This document shows positions 31,851 to 43,545 of a stretch of 64,000 bases of DNA, in pieces. The position numbers were made by a program, and so were the translations under genes. This DNA is from Macrostomum lignano (lineage: Eukaryota). Under the pieces are notes generated by a model, which had not been told where the DNA came from, did no database searches, and saw only the letters and a program-made list of their open reading frames with translations. How positions within the stretch are numbered: the first letter of the stretch is position 1; each line of letters begins with the position of its first letter. The stretch is taken from positions 1-64,000 of the forward strand of contig NIVC01000201.1 of the NCBI GenBank assembly GCA_002269645.1, read 5' to 3'.

Positions 31851-32585
31851 TCATGAAGCCATCACAGCCTCGCTAATTAAATAGCCAATACCCTGAACAT
31901 CCCTCGGGTCGACAGCTCCGGGACCAGCGCTGATCAGGTTGATGAAGTCGCCAGTAAAAGTTGACGCCTCGTCAAGCACGGGGAATTGCCACAGCGATTG
32001 CCGGTTCCAATCGCTAGCTTGCAGGCGCTCAACCAGATACCCGGGCTGCAGACTTAACAGAGATCGGCGCTCAGTCACGAGCATGGTGGCAGCACAGAGC
32101 AGAACTGCATCTGGCGGAAACATCTCGGTTAGTACTGTGCCACAATTGCTCTGAATGAAAGTCAGAAGCTGTGCAAGCTGCATAGGGCTCGGAAAATCCG
32201 AAGGCCCGACACCCAAAAGCTCCTGTCGCATTGGCTGCTGCTTGGGACAACGAGCAGCCTGCAGCGGGCAGTGCAGCCTGTTGAAGCTGCCAAGGATTCG
32301 ATGCTTGACGCTGGACAGCTTGCACTCGAAGCCGCAGCTGAAGCAGGCAACCATCGCGGTGCTGTAGCCGATTGCACCACCATCAGGTGAAGGAAGCGGA
32401 AAGAAGCCCAGCTTAGCGCACTGAATATGCTCGGGCCCATTCAGGCCATGCCTAGCGAACTCAGTCAGGCGATCTTGCTGCAGCAGCATTCTAGGATGGT
32501 TGGCAGTCAGAAAAATGTGCAAGACATGACAGACAGCCGAGTAACTGCGCTCAGACAAATAGTCGGAAATTGGTCTGCCTGACAT
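31851..32585 (-). CDS. IAP-like protein B (divergent BIR-like plus UBA-like), single-exon CDS, 244 aa
   Basis: DRLTEF..CAKLGFF..VACFSCGFECK..CPLQAAR and PDAV..LVERL. Paralog of gene A (ISxYLS, DRL.xF, CPLQAAR, DAVL shared). Confidence 0.72.
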   Translation of the reverse strand: MSGRPISDYLSERSYSAVCHVLHIFLTANHPRMLLQQDRLTEFARHGLNGPEHIQCAKLGFFPLPSPDGGAIGYSTAMVACFSCGFECKLSSVKHRILGSFNRLHCPLQAARCPKQQPMRQELLGVGPSDFPSPMQLAQLLTFIQSNCGTVLTEMFPPDAVLLCAATMLVTERRSLLSLQPGYLVERLQASDWNRQSLWQFPVLDEASTFTGDFINLISAGPGAVDPRDVQGIGYLISEAVMAS

Positions 32586-34019
32586 TGTTGAAATTGACGC
32601 CTTCTTTTTTTATGCAGCAATATACATGTAATTACAGAGTTCCACGGGCTGGACTGCTGGCTAGTACTTGCTTTGTCAATTTGAAAACCAAAAAATTTGA
32701 TGCAAAGGCAATAGCAATGTAGCAATCGATGTGTCGCCAGGAGCAGTGTCTATGCAGTTCGTAGTTTGAATTATTTTCTGTTTGTCTGTTGTATGCAAAC
32801 ATTGTTCTTTAAATGGACGAGTATCTTTAAAATTTTAATATATTCATTGCACAATGGATCGATTAGATAAATTAAAAAAGGCTTGCAGTTTTTAAGAGAC
32901 AAAAATATTTGTAGAAAACCTGTTTGGTGTAGAAACCTTCAATTTAAAATCAGAGATCCAAGTCAGTCCAAGTATGTTCTTTGCTAATTTATCAATTGTA
33001 AGTTGGTAGTAGAAGTATTTTAATGCAATATAGCATGAATGAAATAAAGCAAATCACTGTTACCTTTGTAAATATCAATTTATTGAAAAAGACAAGAATA
33101 CGAATAAATTAATAAATATGGTACTATGGCCCTATATGTGCATATTATTCTACTCTATGCATTTATCACCTATTCAAATCTAAATATTCAATCATAAGTT
33201 TCCTTCAGTGTAGGCATTAGTAGGATCAGAGGGTCACAGCTTAATCTCATAGTGGACAAAATTAATAATAATAATAATTATTATTATAACAATATTAATA
33301 ATAACTGATTATACCTATCGCAATTGGGCCAGATGTATAACTAATAATTTAGCCACAGCTATTGCACAATGCATCTGAAGGCTATAATAACTTTGCAATG
33401 ACCTTGAACTTTGCAATACATATAGGCTTCTCATCTAACACATTTTTTGTTATAATCAGTTTACCAATCTTATAGCAACATTGCAGAATTGCATGGAATT
33501 TTTCAGTAATACCATGATGACTAGCCACTATATTGTTTTTTCAAACCTATTTGTTTCTTAATCGATATAAAGAATGTTTATATGATAAACAAATTATTGA
33601 TCATGATACTAAAGCTCATCATTAGTATTTTTTGCAACAATTGTTGTTGCTTAGCCATGAGTATAGTGTCTTAACTTTAATAAACAAGGCAATATAGGAG
33701 TAAGAAACTTGAGAAAATGCTTGCTTAAGAGCTTGCTTAATTATTTATTAGTTTGCAGAGATAGGCCCCCTAATACAGGTTTAAATAGAAAACAAGTATC
33801 TATGGGATACGATTAAACTCAATTTAAAGTTCATTTAAGTCACTAAGCATTTTAATAATAATAACAATCAAATGTGGCACGCATGGCTAGTTAACAATTC
33901 AATGTCTATAACCGTCTATAAAGTTCATCTCACTATGCTGTAAGTACTTTTAGGATCTTATACAAGTGGCAATGTCCTGTTTCCTATGTCAAATTATTTT
34001 GAAACTAAATACTAAAAGG

Positions 34020-34600
34020 CATGCACTAAAATATGGAAGCAGATATAGACTGTTTGCTAAAATAATAAAATGTGAAATTATTGGAATATTTTTCTTAAAT
34101 TATAGAAGTGGATATAGTTGGTATAGACATTAATCTAAATTGCGCAAGTGGCTATCAGACAAGCTTACAAGCAATGATTTCTGACCCCAAAAGTAGCAAA
34201 AACCATGCCTATGTTGTTATGACTACAAGTATGGCAAAATCATATAGCTATGAAAATCCTGCTAGTATGAATTCTAGGAAAATTATATAAAAAGGAGAAA
34301 AATGCCTATAGGCTAACAAGTTTAGAATCAATATTTTTTAAATTTGAAATTCATATTAATAGGATTTTTGTAGCTATATAATTTTGCCATACTTGTAGTC
34401 ATAATAATATAAGCATGGTTTTTGCTACTTTTGGGGTTATAAATCATTGCTTATGGCTATGAGCATCTGACAGCCACTTACACAATTTTTATTAACATCT
34501 ATATTTGCTTCCAAAATTTAAGAAAATATTCTAACTTTTGAATTTTAGCAAACATTCTATATCTGCTTCTATATCCACTTTTGCATTTAGTAGATGCCAC
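34020..34600. mobile_element. Foldback/MITE-like imperfect inverted repeat (arms about 34020-34275 and 34345-34600)
   Basis: For example CCCCAAAAGTAGCAAAAACCATGC versus GCATGGTTTTTGCTACTTTTGGGG. Confidence 0.8.
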
Positions 34601-34679
34601 TTTGTTGGTCACTAGCCTTCACCCAGATGGAGCTTCTGGACCTTCAATAGGTGGCACCAGGGGGTCCATGGACATGCTA

Positions 34680-35180
34680 TTGCAAATTTCTTGTTTTGCT
34701 GATCTCAACAGTGGGCAAGCCTTAACTGCTGGACATCCTTAGCTAGTCTCTCGAGCATTCCGTCATCACCCTGACACCATCTGACCTTCAATAGATTACA
34801 ACCACAGGTGACTATGAACATCCTGTTGCTTTTATTAATTTTTTCTCTTCATCAATATTTGTTTCAATTTATAGTTAAATTAACTAATATTACATGTAGG
34901 CCTACATCATCATGTTTATGTAATCACATCGGGTGATGATAGACTGTTTGAGAGACTAGCTGAGGATGTCAAGCAGTTGAGACTTGCCAAGTGTTGAGGC
35001 TTGATCAGCAAAACTTAAGAAATTTGCAACAGTGTGTCTATAGTCACCTGGTATAATCTGTTGAAGGTGCCGACAGTGTTAGGGTGATAATGGAATGCTT
35101 GAGAGACTAGCTGAGGATGTCCAGCAGTTGAGGCTTGCCCACCATCAAGGCTTGATTAGCAAAACTTGAGAAATAAAACT
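34680..35180. mobile_element. Second foldback-like repeat: arm 34680-34820 with inverted copies at about 34930-35025 and 35039-35172
   Basis: CTGCTGGACATCCTTAGCTAGTCTCTC versus GAGAGACTAGCTGAGGATGTCCAGCAG. Confidence 0.75.
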
Positions 35181-35443
35181 AGAGAACTAAAAAACTAGAG
35201 AACACGCAGAAAAAAATTGTCTCAGGTGGGGGATTCCTCTCTCTTGGTAGTTTTACTGTTATAGTACAGTAATAATGATATATAGTAATAACAAAAATGC
35301 AGTAATAATTCTTATTATCATTAAGTAATAAGTATTAGTATTAATAATAACAATAATAACATTTGGTATACTTAGAAAACATTGTAACAACCATTGCTAG
35401 AGAATATCTCAGCTTGTGAAGTGTCTTTGTGTGTATCAGGGGC

Positions 35444-35720
35444 ATACATGCGCAACCCCCCTGATTTACACTGGCCATGCAACTTACTTTTTGACCAAAA
35501 ATGCGACTGACCTGTGAAAAAAACCCTAAAGCAAAATTAACGTAAAGTTTTGAGTAAACGGCAGGAGTAACTATGACTGTCTTACCAGGCCTAAATGCCT
35601 TGGCATCTAATTAGTACTACGTCCATATTCTTTGGGGTGGCATTTTTGCGACTTACCCCTGGTACACCACAACTTACGGTGGCCAGATCGGCCAGGTCGG
35701 CCAGCAGTTGCGCATGTATG
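35444..35720. mobile_element. MITE with 14-bp TIR CATACATGCGCAAC and about 8-bp TSD (hAT-like)
   Basis: TIRs at 35444-35457 and 35707-35720. ATCAGGGG at 35435-35442 (plus one extra G) and 35721-35728. A related internal fragment lies inverted at about 30205-30270. Confidence 0.7.
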
Positions 35721-38590
35721 ATCAGGGGTGTTTTTTTAAAGAAGAGACATGCATAAAGCCGCTGTGCAATTTTTATTCAGAAAGAGCAAAGTGCAAAAAT
35801 GTTGCGACTCCTCAAAAAACAATTATATACAGTATTTGGTATATTTGGAAACATTGTAACAACATTTGCTAGGGGAATATCTCAGCTTGTGAAGCGTCTT
35901 TGTGTGTGTTTGGGGTATCTTTTTAAAGAAGAGACATGCATAAAAATGTCTAAAAATTTACATTGTCTTGCATATTATATAGACAATTTTTTAAAACATT
36001 TACTGAATGATTTCTGAATCTATTAATTAATTAATCTCTTATCTTCTCTTTCTCTTCTTCTTCTTCTTTCTTCTTCTTTCTTCTCTTCTTCTTAATACTA
36101 AAGTTGGTGCGATGTTTGTCTGTCTGTATGTTGCAATTTTTCTCCTAGACTACTTGCAACTCAGCGTTGAAACTTATATGGGTAAACTGCAAATTTTCCG
36201 GGTTGGGTTTATAGCTATTTTAATCTTTCATTTTTATATTTTAAGATCCCTAAAAAAGCAGAAATAATAAAACAATAGGGAATATGATCCACCTTGCGCA
36301 ACTCTTAGTGATTGCGCCACAACAGCTGGCCTATCTGTGTAGTGTATTCTTTTAGCTGAAGGGGTGTAACTGGGCCAGTTGGCATCAATTTTTAGTGATT
36401 ACGCCACAACTTTCTCCTATCTCGGCAGTGTATTTTCTCTCCAATGGGGGAATGGGGGCATTCTCAGTGGCTGCGTGTGTACAATCGGACCCTAGCTCAC
36501 TGGCTGATTGTATAGACAATTGCGCAACGATATGTTTTCTGATTTTCAATAGGCAGCCCTGTGTATTTGTTGGACAGTAAAATTCAATGAATAAACTTGC
36601 GAGCCTCCCACTGCTGCAGGCAGTGAACGTACACTCAATAGTTCAATTCCTTAAAACGGGAAATTTCAAAGCCAAACTGTTCCTTGAGTTTTAAACTTTA
36701 AGAGAAGAGACTTATATTGCTGGAAAGAGGTTGCAGTGCTGAGTTAGGGGATATAAGTTGTTTGCTCTAAATGTGAAAATTAAAAGCACAGCATTCAAAA
36801 AGTGATTTCCATACTTTTAACGTTTTGCAAAGATTGTACTCCATTTCGGGGGTTCAATGAGGGTTTGACAGACTCCCAACAGTGGGGGGGTTCAATTTCT
36901 AGCTGCACTGCGTATTCGAAGGGGTTCGGTCGCTGTGTATTGGAGGGTTGATTTAGATTGCGCAATTTTTTTGTTAACTTTAACCGAGGCTGATACTGAC
37001 TGCCTGAGAAATAATTTGCGCAATTTAATTGGTTCAATGTTTTAACGGCGCCTTTCAACACGCAGCTGTGTGTAGCTCTAACCCCTAACCATAACCAATG
37101 AATTCTGAGAGCTGGGTTCTGTTTGACAGAGAAATTTCGATTGAGTCCAGTTACACGGAGAGGATTTTCGCGGAGAGGATTTTGATGGTGTTCAGTTTCA
37201 CGGAGACAATTTCTGTTTCGCGGAGAGTTCAGGAAATGGGATTCCGGTGATGGGAGTTCTTCCCCTTTCTCCTCCAGCGGAGGAGTTGGCCTCGTTAATA
37301 TATCTAAAGTAGCAACCCCCCCCTCCACCGGCCCTGTCTGTCTGTGGGTATGTAACAGGTTATCTCCCAAAAGGCTCAACCGATTTTCTCCGTTTCTTCG
37401 CCAAAAGATGTCAAATGTGCCCGGGACGGTACATGTAATTTTATTAAGCTCTAGCTCAATGCTAAGGGGATTAAATATTCGAAAAACTGTTTTAAATGGC
37501 CTTTTTAGTGTATTTTTTATCAGCCTGCGCGCAGCGAGAAACTTCACAGCCAATTTTAATGATTGCGCCAGAGCCAACTGATAAGAAAATTCACTTTGCC
37601 CCACTGCCCAGATAATTACTCTATTTAACTTGCGTAACCAATTAAGGGGGGGGGTATAATAAAAATTCTGGATGCTTCCAATATACTAAAAATCAAAACT
37701 ATGTACCTACCTACCTACCTATCTATCTATCTATCTATCTATCTATAGGAACCTTCGTTTAACTTGACTTTGCGTGGTCGGAATTTCGTGGGATTTGCTG
37801 CATTCGATGCGTATTGATGGTGCGCTGGTACACAAAATTTTGCTAAGAAATTGCTTCATTTTTTAGGGATTAAATATTCGAAAAACTCGATTTTTTGGCC
37901 CGTTTTTTTAAGTTCAAACAGTTTTTCCGATTGAGAAGCAGTCTGACTGCCGATGGAATTGTATTGCATCATAACTCAGTGCCAACTATAGCATTGGTTC
38001 TCTACACTCGCGTGGAGAGCTACAAGCGTTGAAAGGTTGCGCAACACATTTTAGTTATTGAAATTGAGGGGCGGGTGTCGCTATTCAATTTGGCTTGGTT
38101 GATAATTTTAATGCATCAACTTGCAGGCCTCTCACAGTAGCTGGCGCTGAATGTACACCTTATGAATTTGAATGCTTTAAAGCAGGAATGTTGAATCGTT
38201 GTTTGTGCTTCGAGTTTTTCACTTTCAGAAGAGAGCCTTGTATTGCTGAAAAGAGCTAGGAACGCAGAGTTCGGGAATATAATTCATTTGCTGAGATTCG
38301 AAAAATGAAAAACACAGCATTAAAAAGAAAATTTCTATACTTTTTACTTTAAATGCTCATTGTACATCTCCAGTATCGCAAACCCCTACTTTATCACAAC
38401 TCCACAATTCAAGCCAGCGCCATTTAATTTAGATTTAGATTGCGTAACCATATTGTTGACTTTAATAGTTGAAACTGATATTGCCTGCCTGAGAAATTGA
38501 TTATGTCATAACTTGCTTCGATTGATTTCTACTCTATGCTTGGAGTTTTCAGTGTTGAATTATATATGCTACAATTCATGTTATCAAAAC

Positions 38591-38660
38591 GATAAGTTAG
38601 CCTAGAGGTGAACAGACTGAACTGCTACTGCAGCGACGTGGGTTCGAATTTTTAGAGTAA
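38591..38660 (+). other. tRNA-derived (SINE-head-like) A-box/B-box remnant; second copy at about 46685-46750
   Basis: A-box-like TAGCCTAGAGG (38598) and B-box GGTTCGAAT (38641) at tRNA-like spacing (43 nt). No complete cloverleaf, so not called a tRNA. Confidence 0.5.
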
Positions 38661-38859
38661 AAGTTTTTTATTAAAAAATTTTAACTTGAAAAAAACGTCC
38701 GGTAAATCAAGTAAAAGAGAAGAAGCTACGAGCGTTCATGTAGTATATTCAAATTTTTATTAAACTTTGAATTTTGAAAAGGATTATTGCACTAGATAAG
38801 AAACTAATTATTGTACTAGCTGAGTAAATTGTTTCACTATCTTGCTTGGGTTACTTTCT

Positions 38860-40860
38860 ATCAGGGGATGCTTGCTATCAAAAGGACGCTTGCTCTTAGG
38901 GCATGCTTGATCGGGTGAGATTGCTAAGATGTCAAGACATACTGGGGAATTATTCAGATATGCAGGCTTACTGGGGAATTACTGAGATGTCAAGCCTTGA
39001 AAGGGACTTGCTGAGATGCCAAGAGAAAATTGCTGAGGTTTCAAGGCGTGGGGGAATTTCTGAGATGTCAGGCCTTTGGACGGGGAGAAATTGCTAAGTT
39101 GTGAAGACTTGAAGAAATCACTGAGCCTTGACACCGCAGTTCATTCTCTCTTAAGCTTTGACATCCCAGCAATTCGCTCTAAAGGCTGAAGAGGGACTTT
39201 CTGAGATGCCAAGGCTTACTGGGGGAATCACTGAGATATAAAGGCTTACTTGGAGGACTGCTGAGATGTCAAGTCTTGGCGGGGGAATTCCTAAAATTTC
39301 AAGTCTTGAGAGCGAATTGCTGAGATGTCAAAGCTTAAGAGAGAATTACTGAGGTCTCTAGGCTTGGGGGGAATTGTTGAGATGTCAAGTCTTGGGGGGG
39401 GGGATTCTGTGGATTGGGGATTCCTTCCATGAGGGCTGCTTCTAATGGATATCTTTAGATAGGTGATTCATTGGGAAATTCCATCGATGGGGGGTTCTTT
39501 TGATGGAGGTTTCTTTGAATGGGGGATTCTTTAGATGAAAGATTCTTTCGATAAAGGGATCCTTTGAATATGATGGGATTGTTTGGACGGGGATTCTTTA
39601 GATGAGGGGATTCTTTAGCCCAGGATTTTATTGATGGGGGATTATTTGGATGGTTGATTCTTTGGATTCTTTGGATGGAGATTTTTTGGAGTATGATTCT
39701 TTGGATTATTTGGACGGGGTTCTTTAGATGAGGGGACTCTTTGGCCAATGATTCTTTTGATGGAGGTTTATTGAGATGAGTGTATCTTTGCATTATTTTG
39801 ATCGGGATTCTGTGGATGGGGACTATTTGGATTGGGATTCTTTGGAGGGGGATTTTTCGGATATGGATGGAGGTCGGGGATTCTTTGGATATGAATCGAT
39901 GGGGTGATTCTTTGTATAGGGATGGATGTGGGGATAGGGATGGATCGGGGGGATAGGGATGGATGGGGGGATAGGGATGGATCGGGGGGGTTCTTTGTAT
40001 AGGGATGGATGGGGGATAGGGATGGATTGGGGGGATTCTTTAGATAGGGATGGATGGGAGGATTTTTTGGATAGGGATGGATGGGGGATTCTTTGGATAG
40101 GGATGAATGGGGGTATTCTTTGGATAGGGATGAATGGGGGATTCTTTGGATAGGGATGGATGGGGGATTCTTTGGATAGGGATGGATGGGGGGATAGGGA
40201 TGGATTGGGGGGATTCTTTAGATAGGGATGGATGGGAGGATTTTTTGGATAGGGATGGATGGGGGATTCTTTGGATAGGGATGAATGGGGGTATTCTTTG
40301 GATAGGGATGAATGGGGGGATTCTTTGGATAGGGATGGATGGGGATTCTTTGGATAGGGATGGATGGGGGATTCTTTGGATAGGGATGGATGGGGGATTC
40401 TTTGGATAGGGATGGATCGGGGGGATTCTTTGGATAGGGATAGATGGGGGGATAGGGTTGGATCGGGGGAATTCTTTGGATAGGGATGGATGGGGGATTC
40501 TTTGGATAGGGATGGATGGGGGATTCTTTGGATAGGGATGGATGGGGGATTCTTTGGATATGGATGGATGGGGGGATTCTTTGGATAGGGGATTCTGTCG
40601 ATGGGGGATTCATTGGAAGGAGAATTCTTTGGATCGGGGATTCTATCGATGGGGGTTCTTTGGATGGGGATTCTCTGCATGTAATATTCTATGGATGGGC
40701 AATTTTTCAGAAAGGAGGATTCATTCAATGGGGAATTCTTCGGATCGGGGATTCTATTGATGGGAGGTTTTTTGGATGGGGGCTTTTTGCATGTGAGATT
40801 CTTTGTATCGTGGATTCTATGGGTGGTGGATTCTTTGAATGGGGGATTCTTTAAATTTGA
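38860..40860. repeat. Degenerate G-rich tandem repeats: about 28-bp GGGAATT(G/A)CTGAGATGTCAAG type (38860-39390) and about 26-bp GGGGGATTCTTTGGATAGGGATGGAT type (39400-40860)
   Basis: Direct reading. Confidence 0.85.
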
Positions 40861-42298
40861 GATTCAGTTAGGTGAAATTTTATTGCGTGGAAAAACTGTG
40901 GTTGGAGTTTGGACGGAAGGCCCCAATGGGGGTTGTTGGTATTGGCTAGTCCTTCCTTTCCTTCCTTTCCTCTATATACTAAAGCTGACGTCGTGGTCCG
41001 GTGGTAGGGTGGGCCGGTGGGCCGGGTTTGTCGACGATCTCCTCCTAGGATTCTTGCAACTCAACTTTCAAACCGGTACCAAAACATGTCAAATGTCCCG
41101 ACGATGCTACAATTTAAAATTCATTTTCAAATTTCAATTTTAAGTGCTTCAAAAAAGCAGAAAACAGCACAAACCAGACAGCCAGACCAGATGTCTATAT
41201 ATCGCATTCCATGGACTTCCCACTTGACGCTATTTTGTATGGTTGCGCCACAACTTTTCTCCTATCTCTGCAGTGTATTTCATTTCAGCTGGGGAGGGTC
41301 GCCGGCACTTGAGAATTGGCGGCCTACTTGCTCAGTGTTAAAAAGGGGTGGAGGTGCACACTGCGCGAGAATGGATGGCTTGATTTTTTAACTCATCACA
41401 GAGTGTACATTGCGCTCTGCAAGTAAGAAACGGGAAAACTTGCACCTTAATTTCTGCTTTAAGGTTGGGAAGATTGGAAATTATCCGAGGTCGGCTATAG
41501 GCTATTTTAATTCTGAAATTTTAATTTCTAAGATCCTCAAAAAAAGCAGAAAACTGCCTTTTTGACCCCCAATAACCTTCTTTTGCTACTCTGCCTGGGG
41601 CTTCAGCCAGTTTGTAAAAATAGCCACCCCAACCTCCGCCCGCGGGCCGCTGTGTATTGAGGGGTGGTGGGTGCGCGTGTTCTGCGTTCAATGCAAATAA
41701 AACCCCGCGAGTTGAGGGGTTGAGTTAAATTTAATGATTCCCCCGGAACGGGGGGTTGGGCTTGGGCTGAGTGTACATAGCTGTTGTAAACAGATAGAAC
41801 TGTGCCGAGATTCAATTGGTTTTATTATCGGCCCTGTGTATTAGCTGGGCAGTGAATTTCAATGAATAAACTTGCGAGCTTCTCTAGCAAGCAGTTGGGA
41901 AATCGGTAAATTTCAAACGCTAACTGTTCCTCGAGTTTTAAACTTTGAGAAGAGAAACTTATATTGCTGGAAAGATCTTGCAACGCTGAGTTCGGGGATA
42001 TAAGTTGTTTGCTTTAAATATGAAAAGAAAAAGCACAGCATTTGAAAAACTATTTCCATACTTTTAACTTTCTGCAAAGATTGTACTCAGTTTTGCGAGA
42101 CGTAATAGATAAAGTTGGGGGGAGGGTTCAACTTCTCACTGCTGCTGTGTATTGGAGGGTTGATTTAGATTGCGCAATGTTTTTGTTAACTTTAACTGAG
42201 ACTGGTACTGACTGACTGTGAAATCGGTTGCGCAATGAATTGATTCAATTAGTTCAATATTCTTATCAGTGCCTTTTAACACAAACCTGTGCGTAGTT

Positions 42299-42322
42299 CT
42301 AACCCTAACCCTAACCCTAACC
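42299..42322. repeat. Interstitial telomere-like (CCCTAA)n; also 44893-44926 and degenerate 37078-37096
   Basis: CTAACCCTAACCCTAACCCTAACC inside each copy of the triplicated module. Confidence 0.9.
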
Positions 42323-42599
42323 AATGAATCCGGAGTTGAGTTGTTTGACGGAAAAAATTCGATTGAGTCCAGTTTAGCGGAGACGATTTCAATGTTTTAA
42401 TTTTGACGGAGAGAATTTCTGTTTCGTGGAGATAATTTATGATTGATTTCTGTTTTATGGAGGCGATTTTGATGGATTTAAGTTTCAAGGAGAGGATTTC
42501 GAAGGAGTCCAGTTTCACGGAGAGGATTTCGATGGTTTTCAGTTGCACGGACAGGATTTCTGCTTCGCGCGGAGAGGATCTTGATGGATTTGGCATCTT

Positions 42600-43545
42600 C
42601 AATCAGTTAGAGAAGAGAGTAAAGAGAAGAATGAAAAGAGAAGAGAGATGAGATGATAGAAAACAGAGTAGAAATGAGTGGAGAGATTAGACATGACAGA
42701 TGGGAGAAAAAAGGGGAGTAAGGCGGGAACGAAGGAGAGAGAAGAGAAGAGGAGAGAGGAGATGAGAGGGGAGATATGAGATAGCAAAGGGATACAAGAG
42801 AGATAATAGGAGAGAGAATAGATGAGGGATAAGAGCGTACAGAGGAAATAGAAGAGAGGGAAGAGTAGAGGAGAAAGAAAGAGTGAGATGAGGGGATGAG
42901 GGATGAGAGAGCAGGGGAGAGAGGAGAGAGAAGAGAGGAGAAAAGAGGGGAGAAAGGAGAGAGAAGCGAAAGGAGAAGAGAGAGAGGAGAGAGGAGAGAG
43001 ATGAAAGATCATAGATGAGAGAGTTAAGAGAGGAAAGTAGTGCGGAGAGGAGAGATGAGAGATGCGATGAGAAGAGATGCGTGAGAACATAAGAGAGAAG
43101 AGATTAGAGATTAGAGATTAGAGAAGAGAGGGGAGAAGATGAAAGGAGCAAGGAGAGGAGAAAAGAGAGAATGGAGAGAATAGAAAAGAGAGAAGAGAAG
43201 AGACAGGGGATAGTGGAAAGAAGGAAAGAAAGATGGGAGACAAGAAAGTAGAGTGTGAGAGCGTATTTGAGATATGAGAAATGAGAGCTGAGAGAAGAGA
43301 AAAGAGAAGAGAGAGAGAGGGTTAAGAGAGACGATAGATAAGTGAGTAGAGATGATATATGAGAGAGAAGAGAAGAGGGAGAGATAAGAGAGAAGAGAGG
43401 AGACAGGAGACAGGAGAGGGTACAGACGAAAGACGAGGGAGAAGAGATAAATAAGGGAGTAGGGGTAGAGATAAGATGAGAGAGAGGAGAGAGAAGAGAG
43501 TCACGATAATAGCGAAGAGAGTAGAGAGGAGATATGATAGACGTG
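42600..43545. repeat. Polypurine (GA-rich) tract, with a diverged duplicate at about 45320-46030
   Basis: Almost pure A/G plus strand; shared landmarks such as GAGAGATTAGACATGACAGA and GAGCGTACAGAGG. Confidence 0.9.
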
